This document shows, piece after piece, positions 1-15,432 of a DNA stretch of 64,000 nucleotides. The stretch's first letter is position 1; each line of letters opens with the position of its first letter. The notes below the pieces were generated by a model. It was not told the origin of the DNA and made no database searches. It saw only the letters and a program-made list of their open reading frames with translations. A program made the translations under genes and the position numbers. Origin of the DNA: the human T2T-CHM13v2.0 reference genome, Homo sapiens; the NCBI RefSeq assembly GCF_009914755.1, contig NC_060928.1, one strand, 5' to 3'.

Positions 1-125
1 ATCAAGATCCTATGCTACTGGCTTTGCTGATGGAGGAAGAAGCCATTAAGCCAAGGAATGCAGGTGGCATCTAGAAGCTAGAAAAAGCAAGGAAACAGAT
101 TTTGTCCAACAGCCTCCAGAAAGAG
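1..125 (+). mobile_element. MLT1C/D-type MaLR LTR fragment (cut by window edge)
   Basis: agccaaggaatgcaggtggcatctagaagctagaaaaagcaaggaaacagatt...agcctccaga resembles the MLT1 LTR core. Confidence 0.75.
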
Positions 126-889
126 AAGAATGAAATACAATTTACCATAGAATGCATTGTGCCATTACTTAAATTGTTATTTTAAATTATTTTTTAACCT
201 TTTTTGCTTATTAGTTGTTTGAGATTATGAATCTTATGCTGCTAGAATTAATTACACCTCCATTACCATTGGATCCAGCTGATGTCCAATCAATAAATAC
301 CTGTTGATTGAATTGGTTATAAATTTCACTTTTTTTCTTTTTTTTTTCATGGAGGTGTAATTTACATGAAAGAAAATGGACAGGTTTTGATTTTTTTTTC
401 CATTGAGGTGTAATTTACGTAAAATAACATGCATAGGTTTTAAGTGTTCATTTGAATGAATTTGTCAAATATATATAGCAAAGTAACCACTGTGCAAAAC
501 AAGATACAAAATATTTCTATATTCCCAAAAGGTTCCTTGTGTACTGTACAGTCATCCCATTTTCCAAGAAACAATTATTTTCAGATTTATTTTACACAAC
601 AAAATGTTTATTACTAGTTGTATCTCGTGGTAAGATTACATAATAACACAAATTATTTATTCTCTCGTATTGTTAGACATTTATTTAACAGTATCAGGAA
701 TTGATTACATTATCAGGAGCAATGCTCCAAAGTATTTGTGGCATTTTATATCCCTGCCAGCAACATACAAGGATTCCAATATGATCTGTGTCTTTGCCAG
801 TATTTGGTATTGTCAGACATTTTAATTTTAGCTATTCAAATGCAAATGAAATGATATCTCATTGTTGTTTTAGTTTTCATTTTACTGGT

Positions 890-1314
890 TGCTATAGTTA
901 AGATGTTTACCCCCTCCAAATCTCATGTTAAAATTTAATCCCCAGTATTGGAGGTGGGCCTAATGGGAGTTATTTGGGTTATGGGAGTTGATACCTCATT
1001 AATAGATTAATGCTCTTCTGGGGGGGGGTGAGTGTGTTTTCCCTCTTTTAGTTTTTGTGAAAGCTGGTTGTTAAAAAGAACCTGGTACCTTCTCCTTCTC
1101 CTCTTGTTTCCACTCTGGTCATGTGATCTCTATACACCAGCTCCCCTTCACCTTCTGCCATGAGTGAAAGCAGACTGAGGCCCTCACCAGAAGCAGATGC
1201 TGGCCTCATGCTTCTTGTACAGCCTGTAGAACTGTGAGCCAAATAAACCTCTTTTCTTTATAAATTACCCAACCTCAGGGATTCCTTTATAACAACACAA
1301 AATAGGCTGTGATA
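890..1314 (+). mobile_element. MSTB/MSTB1 solo LTR (ERVL-MaLR)
   Basis: Starts tgctatagtt...ctccaaatctcatgtt; ends aaataaacctcttttctttataaattaccc; 5-bp TSD ctggt/ctgat. Confidence 0.85.
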
Positions 1315-1338
1315 CTGATGACTATTGATATTGAAGAC

Positions 1339-3829
<2,491 letters not shown>

Positions 3830-4682
3830 AAAATTTTTTCAAGATATCTGTGTATCTTCTGTTTCAAATGTCTATGCAAGTCTTCTGTTAATTTTTATTG
3901 AATTATTTAAAATTTTGTTATTAATGCATGCATTATTTTTAAATGCTGAATACAATTCTTTTTGTATTTTATTTTCTATCAGTCTGTGGCTGAAAATATT
4001 CTTAATATTGGGTTTTGAGGAGCAGAAATTTTAGGTTTTGATGAAGTTCAACTTATTTATTTTCCTTTTTTATTTCATGATATTTTTGTCTTGGCTAAGA
4101 CATATTTCACTATTTTAAGGTTCCAGAGATATTCCCTTATACTTTTTTCCTGAAAATTTATAAATTAAGCTTTCATATTTCAATTTTTGATTAATCTCAG
4201 GTCAATTTTGGATAGGAGGTAAAATATGAAACAATCCTCTTTTAAATTAACACATATGCTGTATATGGACATCCACTTGATCCAGCATTATTTAAGTAAA
4301 ACATTTTTTTCTTCAATGGATTGCCTAAGTGTCTGTTGAAAATCAGTTGATCATATATGTGCAGGCCCATGTTTTGGCTCTATGTCCTGTTCCATGGACT
4401 TGTAAGTTTATGTTTAAACTAATACTACACTGTTTAATTGTAGCATTATAATTAGTCTCGAGATCAGGTTGTATAAATATTTGTAATTGGTTCTTTGTTT
4501 TCAAGATTGTTTTAACTGTTCTGGATACTTTGAATTTTTAAACAAATTTTAGAATTTGCTTATCATTTAAAAATCCTTATGGAGATTCTGATTGCGATTG
4601 GATTGGCTTATAGATTATTTTGGAGATATCTATGAACATGATAGAGTTTTCTATTTTCTTAGGTTTTAATTCATTATTTTAG

Positions 4683-5382
4683 TGAGAGGTGAAGCCAGCT
4701 GGGCTTCTGGGTTGGGTGGGGACTTGGACAACTTTTCTGTCTAGCTAAAGGATTGTAAACGCACCAATCAGTGCTCTGTGTCTAGCTAATCAGGTGGGGA
4801 CTTGGAGAACTTTTGTGTCTAGCTAAAGGATTGTAAACGCACCAATCAGCACTCTGTAAAATGGACCAATCAGCACTCTGTAAAATGGAACAATCAGCGC
4901 TCTGTAAAATGGACCAGTCAGCAGGATGTGGGTGGGGCCAAATATGGGAATAAAAGCAGGCCACCCGAGCCAGCAGCAGCAACCCGCTCCCGCTTGGGTC
5001 CCCTTCCACGCTGTGGAAGCTTTGTTCTTTCGCTCTTCACAGTAAATCTTGCTGCTGCTCACTCTTTGGGTCTGCACTACCTTTATGAGCTGTAACACTC
5101 ACCGAGAAGGTCTGCAGCTTCACTCCTGTAGCCAGTGAGACCACGAACCCACCAGGAGGAGCAAACAGCTCCAGATGTGCCACCTTTAAGAGCTGTAACA
5201 CTCACTATGTAGGTCTGCGGCTTCACTCCTGAAGTCAGCGAGACCAGGAACCCACCCGGAGGAGTGAACAACTCCGGACGTGCCACCTTTGAGAGCTGTA
5301 ACACTCACTGCGAAGGTCTGCAGTTTCACTCCTGAAGTCAGCAAGACCACAAACCCACCAGAAGGAACCAATTCCGGACACA
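4683..5382 (+). mobile_element. LTR12-family (HERV9) solo LTR, short form
   Basis: tgagaggtgaagccagc...ccggacaca; tandem accaatcagc units; AATAAAA box ~4949; three ~103-bp gagctgtaacactcac repeats; exact TSD ttag/ttag. Confidence 0.95.
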
Positions 5383-6300
5383 TTAGTAATGATTTGTAGT
5401 TTTTAGAGTAGAGCTTCTTTTGCACCATTGCATTTTTAGCCCTAAATGCTTCATAATTTTCTGTAATTTTAAACATTTTTAAATTCAATTTTTAGTACTG
5501 TTATGTAGAAATACAAAATAAATTTTGGTATATTGATCATCTATCTTGCAACTTTGGTAACTTCCCTTATTATTATGTGGGTTTTACTTTGTTGTCATCG
5601 TTTCCTTAGGGTTTCTTAGAAACACAGTTTTGTCACATGTTAAAAAAAACGGATTCTTTCACTTCTCTCTTTCAAACTTGGATGCCTTTTAATGCTTTTT
5701 CTTGTCTTAATGCACTGGTTCAGACTTCCATTAAAATAATGAATGGAATTGTTAAATCTGTATATCATTGTCATCTTCTCACTTTTAGGGGAAAATGTGT
5801 TATATTTCCCTTTTAAATATGATGTTTGCAGTGCAATAAAACACTACAGTTTATTCCTCCAGTCTAAAGGATTGAAACTTCATAACATTTGATAGACATC
5901 TCCTCTTTTCCCATCTCACCCTCCCTCCTTGCCCCCTAGCCTTATTTCTTGCAATCAAGAATCCTAAATAATGCAATTATTCATAGCAAGTGGGACCTAT
6001 TATGTATCCTGTTGTAATTGATTTCCCCAGTAACATACATCCATCAGTTTGCCCCCTGCTATAACTCTCAGGAACTCCATATACAGAATATCTGGTGTTC
6101 TCATATTACCTACTTGAATGTATTTTATGCATTTTCTTTTTTTTCATTGCAAATAAATGTAAAAATATAGAAAAACACAAATAATAATATAATAATATTT
6201 ATAATCTTATCTTCCTTCCAATAATCCCTATCCATATGTCCAGAGACAAAGACCATCAAAAGGTCAGTGCATGCACTTCTAGTCTGTTTTTATTCTTTTA

Positions 6301-6795
<495 letters not shown>

Positions 6796-8713
6796 TTAGT
6801 CCTTAAAACCAATTTCTCTCTACTTGCATGTCTCTCTCTCCCTGTATATACTATTTTTGATCATTGTTCCATTAATAGTCCGTGTTCTCATTATCTATTT
6901 CTCTAATGGTGGGCATTTAGTTATTTCCAAATTTTAGTTACTACAAACAATGCTGTGATTGATCATTCTTCCTACATTCAGCCATCTGCTGTGATTTCTA
7001 CCACCAGACGATTATCATCACAGTTCTGGTTGCCTGTCTCTAATTGCCTAGCTGGCCATCCTCCCATTATCTGTTACCTAGACCTCTCATCATGGATCTG
7101 TCTCTCCATGGTATATGCTGTCAGCACTCAATTCTTGAAGAAGTTACACTGAGAAATTATCTAATTCAGTAACCTGAAATTGAAGGCTTCTTGTATCTTT
7201 TTCAGACCAGGGAGTGTGTGTACAAGATCATGAATAAATAAAATCATTATGACTTCTTATGGTTTCTAGTGTTTCCCCCCCCTACCCCTGGCCCGCCCCG
7301 CTCAACCAATGGTTATCAAGTAAAATTTGCAGCTGGTGTGCTTCATTTTAAAATGACTTGGCTATTTAATATCTTTCATGAATCCAGTTTAGAAATAAAT
7401 TATACTATTGTTTTTCATAGTATTTGTTTTTGACATTGTAAGGGAATCTAATTCAAGAGGAGGAAGGCAGTCAGGCATTGTTTAAACAATACCAGTTTCT
7501 TTAGTTCTATAATAAAATAGGTGTGCATTTGTTAGTGATTATCTATGACTAATTCACTCTGGAAAAAAAAGCGATGGGGATCAGAATTTACTTATAATTG
7601 TTGTTGTTGGCAATATTATAGTCTTGTTATGTTTCACCATTGAGTTTATGCCTGTGGCTTCTCTGTTGGACTCCCACCCCAAGGTAGTTTAAGATTGCTT
7701 ATCTAAAAAACACATGCCCAGGCCCTGAAACATTCAAATGTGATAAAAATCAATTTTACCTATGTTATTCCCAGCTGAATGCCACTTCTGATGTACATCA
7801 GCTTCAAAAGAAATTAAGAGATAAGTAACATGATTACAATCAGATTAGCTTGTCTAGGCAGACAAATGAGATTGCAGAGTTGTCTGAGTGAAGATGCTTC
7901 CTAGTGTATTCCTAGAGACCAGTTTGCATCACATTAAACAAAAATGAGTTTCCAATATGTGTACTATATAACAAAGTGGATAAATGAAAACTCCACCCTG
8001 TGAGTGACTATGAGTCGGGGAAACTTATTTTGTGACTATTTGATAATTACTTCACGTCATTCTAATACTATGTGGTATCTAAGAAAAAACAGGATCATTT
8101 TCTGAGAGTGCTTTTTTTTGCTCAAACTAAAAGAAGTATTTTTATTAATTATTATTAATAGAACCCATGAAGGTCAAGGAGGGAAATCAGGGAGAAAATA
8201 TCTTGAGTCACAAGTTATTCTCCATTGCAGAATAGGATAATGAAAAGTATTTAGAGGGCAGTTTAAAGCGGGGCGGGGTCACACCAACCAGAAGAAAAGA
8301 GGGAACTACATTAATAAATACTAAAAAGACAATATGCAAGAAGTAGGGGTAGGTTCAGTTTCAATGAATGTGAGATCCATAGTGAAGGAAAAAGCTCCCG
8401 GCTCTATTTATCTTACTTATAAAATGACCTTTATTTTCCAGCCCAGAAAAAAAAAAAAGAACAAGTAAAGTTATACAGGGCAGGTAAAAAATAATCGGGC
8501 AATGTTTATTCAAGCTAGTGTGATAATGTCACCCTAAACCATTTTCTTTTCAGTCTGTAATTATTTGGGGCATTAAGAAAAAATAAACAGGAAATTAAAA
8601 TAATCAAATGCCTTGATTATTGGATAATTGCAGGATTAAGAATACTCTAGGAGCAAGTTTAAAAAAAAAAAAAAGCGCATGACAGAGCTATTGAAGTTAA
8701 GAGTAAAGGATAT

Positions 8714-8983
8714 TGTAATCACAGCACTTTGGGAGGCCGAGGTGTGTGGTTCACGAGGTCAGGAGATCAAGACCATCCTGGCTAACATGGTGAAACCCCA
8801 GCTCTACTAAAAATACAAAAAATAAGCCAGGAGTGGTGGCACACACCTGTAGTCTCAGCTACTCAGGAGGCTGAGGCAGGAGAATTGCTTGAACCTGGGA
8901 GGCAGAGGTTTCAGTGAGCTGAGATCATGCCAATGCACTCCAGGCTGGGTAACAGAGTGAGACTCCACCTCAAAAAAAAAAAA
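8714..8983 (+). mobile_element. AluSc/Y-like, 5'-truncated
   Basis: 12-bp TSD agtaaaggatat at 8702-8713 and 8984-8995. Confidence 0.93.
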
Positions 8984-10054
8984 AGTAAAGGATATAACAG
9001 AGTAGAACGGAGTAATGTGAATGCAAGCCCTAAACATGAGACCTGTTTTTATACCACAAAGAAATAACGAATTGTCCAAATGGTTCAACCATAAATGCCC
9101 ATTTTCCCAGTCACAAGGTTTTTATTTTTATGTTTTTTAACGTCTTCTGATTGCAGAGCTGCTATACTTTAAGATTTCTTCAAATTGCATAAAGACATGG
9201 AAAAATATATCTCTGAATTAATAGAATATTTAGAATTATTTGATGAAAAAATATTACTGAACATCCGTTTAGAATTTGTGATACTTATTAACATTTTCAT
9301 TATGCACAAAAGGGAAGAAAAACTATATGTACGTAAGGCATACAGTACTGCTTAATTTGACCTTTTTATAGGAAATGTGACTATATCCTTCACAAAAACT
9401 GCAAAAGAAAAAGGAGAGGCAGGGAATTAATTATGAGTGGAGGAATCTTGGGAAATATTTCAAATAAACTTTTTCTTCATTCTAAACATAAAACAGTACC
9501 TTCACCTTAGCTTCAGCAAAGTCAGTTCTACATATAACTAAATATCAAATTACAACATGCAATAATTTAATAAAGCTTTTTGATCTCTAATTTAGATCTT
9601 TCTTTTTAAAAAAATTGAGCTTAAATATTAACAGGGATAAATGAAGAGCTTAGTTAAGTGTTTATCATCAAAAAGTTGCATGGCGTTTTCATGACCATGC
9701 ACAGTAATCCTCGTGAATATATTTTGGCAAATGTTGATATCAATCGGTTATTTCTTTTGTGATCTAGATATTTAATTTCAAATAGTTATTTCCAGAAATC
9801 AATATTTGGCTCACTTTTCAGTAAATGCCTTTAAGTGAGGGTTTTCTACAGCTAAATTAATTCAATGTATATTTAGAGTTATATTTTATGGGCAATTTGG
9901 AAGTGGGACAGCTATCTTGGAATGTATCAGCTCTGAAGCATTAAAAAAAATTTCAGCTGTCTTGGATCTTTCAACATTTTTTCTGGTTCTCTAGTTTTAT
10001 TTTTTTTCTCTCCTGTGCCTTCTCTCCTGTTTCTCCCCCTCTTACTATACAATC

Positions 10055-10170
10055 TTCCCATTTAAAAAAAATCAGGTAAAAACCTCCTCATATGGTGGTT
10101 GTAATGCTTAAATGAGGAAGTCTGTGTACGATGCATAGTGTATTGCCTAGTGAGTATTCAATCAATGTCC
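10055..10170 (+). mobile_element. MIR 3' fragment
   Basis: acctcctcatatggtggttgtaatgcttaaatgag...tattcaatcaatg resembles MIR core and tail. Confidence 0.5.
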
Positions 10171-11867
10171 ATTTCTAGTTTTCTTTTTATTCAGCACAAC
10201 CCAGGGTTGTTATTTAAAAAAAAAATCAATGATATTACGCTATATCAGATGGGTATGTTGTGGCACTGTCACAAGACTGCCTGACATAGCTAATGATTAC
10301 TTTTTTCCTCAAAGGATTTCTTTTGTGCATCAAATAATGTTGTTCATTTAGCACAATTTATACACTGAGAACACCACATGTGAAATGCTCATGTTATTCA
10401 AAAAGTCTTCTAATATTTTAGGTTGTCCATCATACTTTGGGAGCAAAAACAGGCTATTTGGTCTATAACTTCTCCAGGGTTTTGGTTTTTCCTCCAAAAT
10501 ATTTTTGACCACTATTTAAAATTGCATTTAATTATTTATATTTCATTATATTTGATTGGCTGAAGGATCCTGTTACTGAACTGCTATCTGGAGCCACAAT
10601 TTCCACTAGAAATGAGCAATTATTAAGATTACCCTGCTAAATTTTGATCTATCTAAATCCTTCCAGCATTCTAGGCTTCTAAGAGAACTTTTGTCACTCT
10701 GGTTTCAACTGTCTTTGGAAATACCAAGCTAAGTGAATACTTTATCAGTTGTTTTTTTCTTTATGTAGTGCTTTATGCATGATGCTTTCTAGCTCAGGAC
10801 TATGATTGCAGCAGGAGATAACAACAGTCCAAGATTTCTCTCTGACTCAATATTCTAAGTTGTAAGACATTATCTCACAAAACAGATTCAGAGCTATTTC
10901 TTGATACCCTTTCTGTAATGAACCTTGGGACCTTATTAAACTTAGTTTTTCTTCTTGGATATGTACCTTCTGCATCCACACATAAAACCATTTTTTTTTT
11001 TTTTGCTTGCCTAGGTACCTGAGTTTCCAGTCAGTTCCCATGTACTGAGTTACTTAAGTGAAAATGATAATCTTCAATAAAAGGCAACTTCTTATCTGTG
11101 GTTCACTCATCATCAGAAAGCATGATTGTATGGTTGCTAATTTTTTTCTCACTGCTTTGAATGTATTTGTATATTAAATTACCACTTTCACTCTTGTATG
11201 TGCTATCAGAAATTGTCTTTTTCTTGGTAAAAAAAAAAAAACTTGGTTAAAGTTATATAATTTATTTCCATTCTGTAAGAAAAACCTTGATTTAACAATT
11301 GGTTTGCCTTAAATGTATAAAGTAATATAAAGTTCCTGTGCCTTAAAGAATTTTTGAAATAAGCATGAAACTGGTTTCCCTTTGTCTGCCAGATTATTAA
11401 GCCCTTGAGACATAATTAGGAAGACTAAGGATCCAAGTAGTAAAGGAACTGTTAATGCTTAGCTAACTAATAAGGGCTTTTTTTTTTTTTTCCAGAGAGT
11501 TTCAAGGAAGAAAATTCTGGTGATTACTATAAAAAAAAAGTCATCAAAAAATTTAAATTTCTTCTTTAGGAGAATGACTCAATATGCTCACCATAGCGTT
11601 CCCTACTGTGGAATACTGTGCAGTATTTAAATTTGTGTAAAGGCACTATAATTTTAAATTTCTTCCCCCACAGCCCTGTATCTCCAAAGGAACATTCGTA
11701 AGCATTTGGTTGGAAATAGGCACTGGAATAAAATTATAAGATTCTGGAAGGTGAAGAGTCCATATGAACCATAAGTTTTGTATAATCAGCCATTTTGACT
11801 TAAGTCATCTCTTTTTTCATCATCATCAACACCATCCATTATTATAAGCGATTATCATAGAATTTAT

Positions 11868-11926
11868 TATATATACATGCATGTGTGTTTGTATGTATAT
11901 GTATATATGTTTATGTGTGTGTGTGT
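11868..11926. repeat. (TA/TG)n simple repeat
   Basis: Visible in sequence. Confidence 0.85.
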
Positions 11927-12207
11927 AAAATAAAGGGGCTGGAAATACAAAGAGTCCATAAAAGTTTATCATTTGTTTTGTTTAGGGATGCTAAGACAGA
12001 TATTATTGACAGTTTAAACATAACGGACAATAAAAAGAGCATATTTTAGCTGCAAAATGAGAAATCAACCCAAGCATTGATGGTGTTCTGACCTATATGA
12101 GACTGATATGAAGGAGTCAGGGAGTGATTGGCATAGTGGTTCATAAATGATACCTCAAACAATAAAAAAAAACTTTCAGAGGTGGTGAGAATGAAAATGT
12201 ATTTTAG

Positions 12208-12521
<314 letters not shown>

Positions 12522-13039
12522 TTAAGTAGATGATATGAAAGGAATAAAGGATTGGTGGGAGGATGGCATATCCTCTGTTCAGAGGAGGTCTGATATGTCC
12601 TGAATTTTTGGACTCAAATAATTTTAAAGTCTCACATCAATCAACTATTGAATGACAGTTAATACTTTTCATCTAAGGATAATGAATATGCCATTCCTTA
12701 GGAGAAAAACAATTTTTAAATTCAAGTGTCTTACAAGCTTTGTAAATATGTATCTCTTGACCTTGGTTTCTTTTTTGCCAAAATGTGAAGATTTCAACAG
12801 ATGGTCACTCTGGTTGCTTCTCGGCAGGCACTTTTAAAGAGAGATATTGTTCCGGGTTTTGTTTCTGCATTCTCACATTTGGGGTTGAATTTGTCCTTTG
12901 AAAAACATGTATTTTAGAAAATGAAAATTTTAGAAAAGTTTAGAGAAGGGCCAGTCTCCTCTAACTGTGATGCAAAATATAAAATAATAATAAGAATCGG
13001 AAGAAGAAAATAATAATAACAATAGGAAGAAAAATGTTC

Positions 13040-13245
13040 CAGGACTCAGGAAACTTAGGTTGCAGTTTTAGCATGTCTATTCACCAGCTATGAGGTTTGA
13101 GACAAGGCCCTTTAAAATCTTTGAACTTCAATTTCTTCCCAAATAATGGCAGGATAATAATTCCCAATGATATCTCAGGCATGTAGTAGGAATCAACACA
13201 ATAATATATTCAAATGTTTGGTAAATCTTAAAATATTCTTAAATT
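13040..13245 (+). mobile_element. MIR
   Basis: ggactcaggaaacttaggttgcag...accagctatgagg...cttcaatttcttc...ggataataat. Confidence 0.6.
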
Positions 13246-13348
13246 AAAAGTATTATCAATAAATTCAAACATTGGCAATTGGAACAAAACAACCCTTGGC
13301 ACACTGTCCCCTTATTACCCCTTGACAGTGACAAGCAAGATCCTATTT

Positions 13349-13712
13349 CTTGCCTTTTGCGTTACTGTACCACCTCTGCTTGGAATACCCTTTGACAGGA
13401 TTATCTGCAGGGTTCATTCTCTTACTTCCTTCAGATCTCTACTGAAATGTCACCTTATCAGAGAGGACCTTAATTCCCTGACATCCTATATCAATTAGCA
13501 ACACTCACTCAGGTACCTCTATCTCCCTTACCATGCCCTATTTTATATTCACATGTCTAGTTTTTCTACCAAATATTTCCCTCTTACAACACCCATGTGT
13601 ATAAAATCCATTACAACAGGGATCTGGGTTTGTCTTACTGTGTATCTCTTATCCCTAGAAAAGTGCTTGATATGTGGTAGGCACAAAATAAATATGTGTT
13701 GAGTGAATGAAC
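13349..13712 (+). mobile_element. L2 (L2a-like) 3' end
   Basis: cttccttcagatctctactgaaatgtcacctt...gtaggcacaaaataaatatgtgttgagtgaatgaa. Confidence 0.8.
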
Positions 13713-15027
13713 AAACTTAAAAACTGTCTGAGGGAGCTTTGAATTAAGCTTGTATAGGCAAAATGAACCTTGTGATTCTTTTGTCTTACAGAAGCTCATT
13801 TAATAAGCCTTTACATTTATCAAGGACATATTGAAAGCTCATAAAACATATACGTCATGTCAAAGCTCCAAAGTTCCTTTGAGTGTTACTAATATGATTG
13901 ATTTTTAGAAAACTATGTATTGCAAGGAAATTGGTGCTTGTGTCACATCAAAACACGAAATAAAAACAACAAATATATGGCATTTTAGATATTTATAAAA
14001 ATTAAGGGATCTTTCATTGTATGAAGGTCAATTATCTAAAAGAAGATAAAACCTAATTACTTGAATAATTAGTTCAGAACCCATGGAAAAAATAATAAAC
14101 AAGTATTCACATTTATTTTATCCACAGATTTAAAATGCCATGCATATCATAGATGTGCATGTACGCATATGGCAAGACCTCATTAGACAACTATGATTTT
14201 TATATTTTTTACTGACAGGCTCTTCGAAAGACTGAAAAAATTGACAGGACCAGAGAGAGTCCATCTAGAAGAATGTCAAACAAACCACTGAAGTAACGTG
14301 TTGACAAAATAACAGCTCTAATAAATTGCAATTTGACTATAAATAACAGTTTCTCTGTTCTTTTTGGTGTACTTGTAGAAGACAGCAGCTGGGATCTGCA
14401 CCTCTTTGATTAGGTAGTATTCTTAAGAATAATGTGGTTTTTGGCAAGTCACATAATCTTAACCTATTATTTGTAGAATTAATAAACTTTTTGGAAGTTT
14501 TTAGCAATGCCAACAGGAATTGATTATCACTTCAATAAAAATAGTTTTGACATTTCTAACTGAGTCTTGCTTCTTTATGTTAATAAAATTTCAACATTTC
14601 TGGAAATACTTAATGGAAAATGCAAAAGAATAAACTGATATAAGGTGCATACAGTTGTCTTATTTATCCAAAATGCAGCAGATACAATCCTTCCAACCTA
14701 CCTATGGAGAATTTAATAGTAATTGAAGGACAGAGTTAGCCTTTATCTTAGCATAAGCCTTTTGAAGGCATGCACAACTAACAATACTTATAATCTAGGT
14801 AAAGTCATAAACTGCATAAAGAATATGAAAGTGTCCTTCTAGAAGTTAATGAAAGTTTAATGAGGCCATTAAGTCAACTGATAAAAGCTAAGCTTCAACT
14901 CCAAGGAGTTTTAAAGAAAGCAAAAATATCTGAGCAGTAATTGGAAAAGTTGAGTTGTATTTCTTACATGAAATCTGACGAAAGATTGGATTTCATAATA
15001 ACAACAGTGAGCTTCCCATAACACCAT

Positions 15028-15432
15028 TATTATGGTTTGAATGTCCCCTTCAAAACTCGTGTTGAAAGTTAATTGCCAAATCGCTATTACATTGCAATGA
15101 GGCCCTTAATATATGATTAGATGTAGAGGTTCTGCCCTCATGAATGGAGTAGTGCCATTATCACAGGAATGGGTTAGCTATCATGGGAGTGGGATCCTGA
15201 TAAAAGGGACGGGGGAGTTTGGCCTTCTTTTCTTCTCTTTCTCACCTTCACTAACTATGTGATGCCTTCTGCCATGTTATGACACAGCAACAAGGCCCTC
15301 ACCAGTCACCAGATACAGCACCTCTATCTTGCACTTCTCAGCATCCAGAACCATGAACCAATAAATCTCTTTTCTTTACAAATTACCTAGGCTGTGATAT
15401 TCTGTTATAGCAACAGAAAATGAACTAAGACA
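15028..15432 (+). mobile_element. MSTC/MSTD solo LTR
   Basis: tatggtttgaatgtcccc...ctgccctcatgaatgg...tagcaacagaaaatgaactaagaca. Confidence 0.85.

Noticed and set aside
4730-5380. Repeat-spacer-like arrays (CRISPR-like appearance)
   Set aside because: These are the intrinsic U3 and U5 tandem repeats of LTR12; no unique spacers, no cas genes, eukaryotic DNA.
11478-11500. Poly-T plus ccag acceptor-like site
   Set aside because: No convincing donor or other support; T runs are frequent here.
13301-13331. Short inverted repeat cactgtc...gacagtg
   Set aside because: A 7-bp stem is expected by chance in 64 kb.
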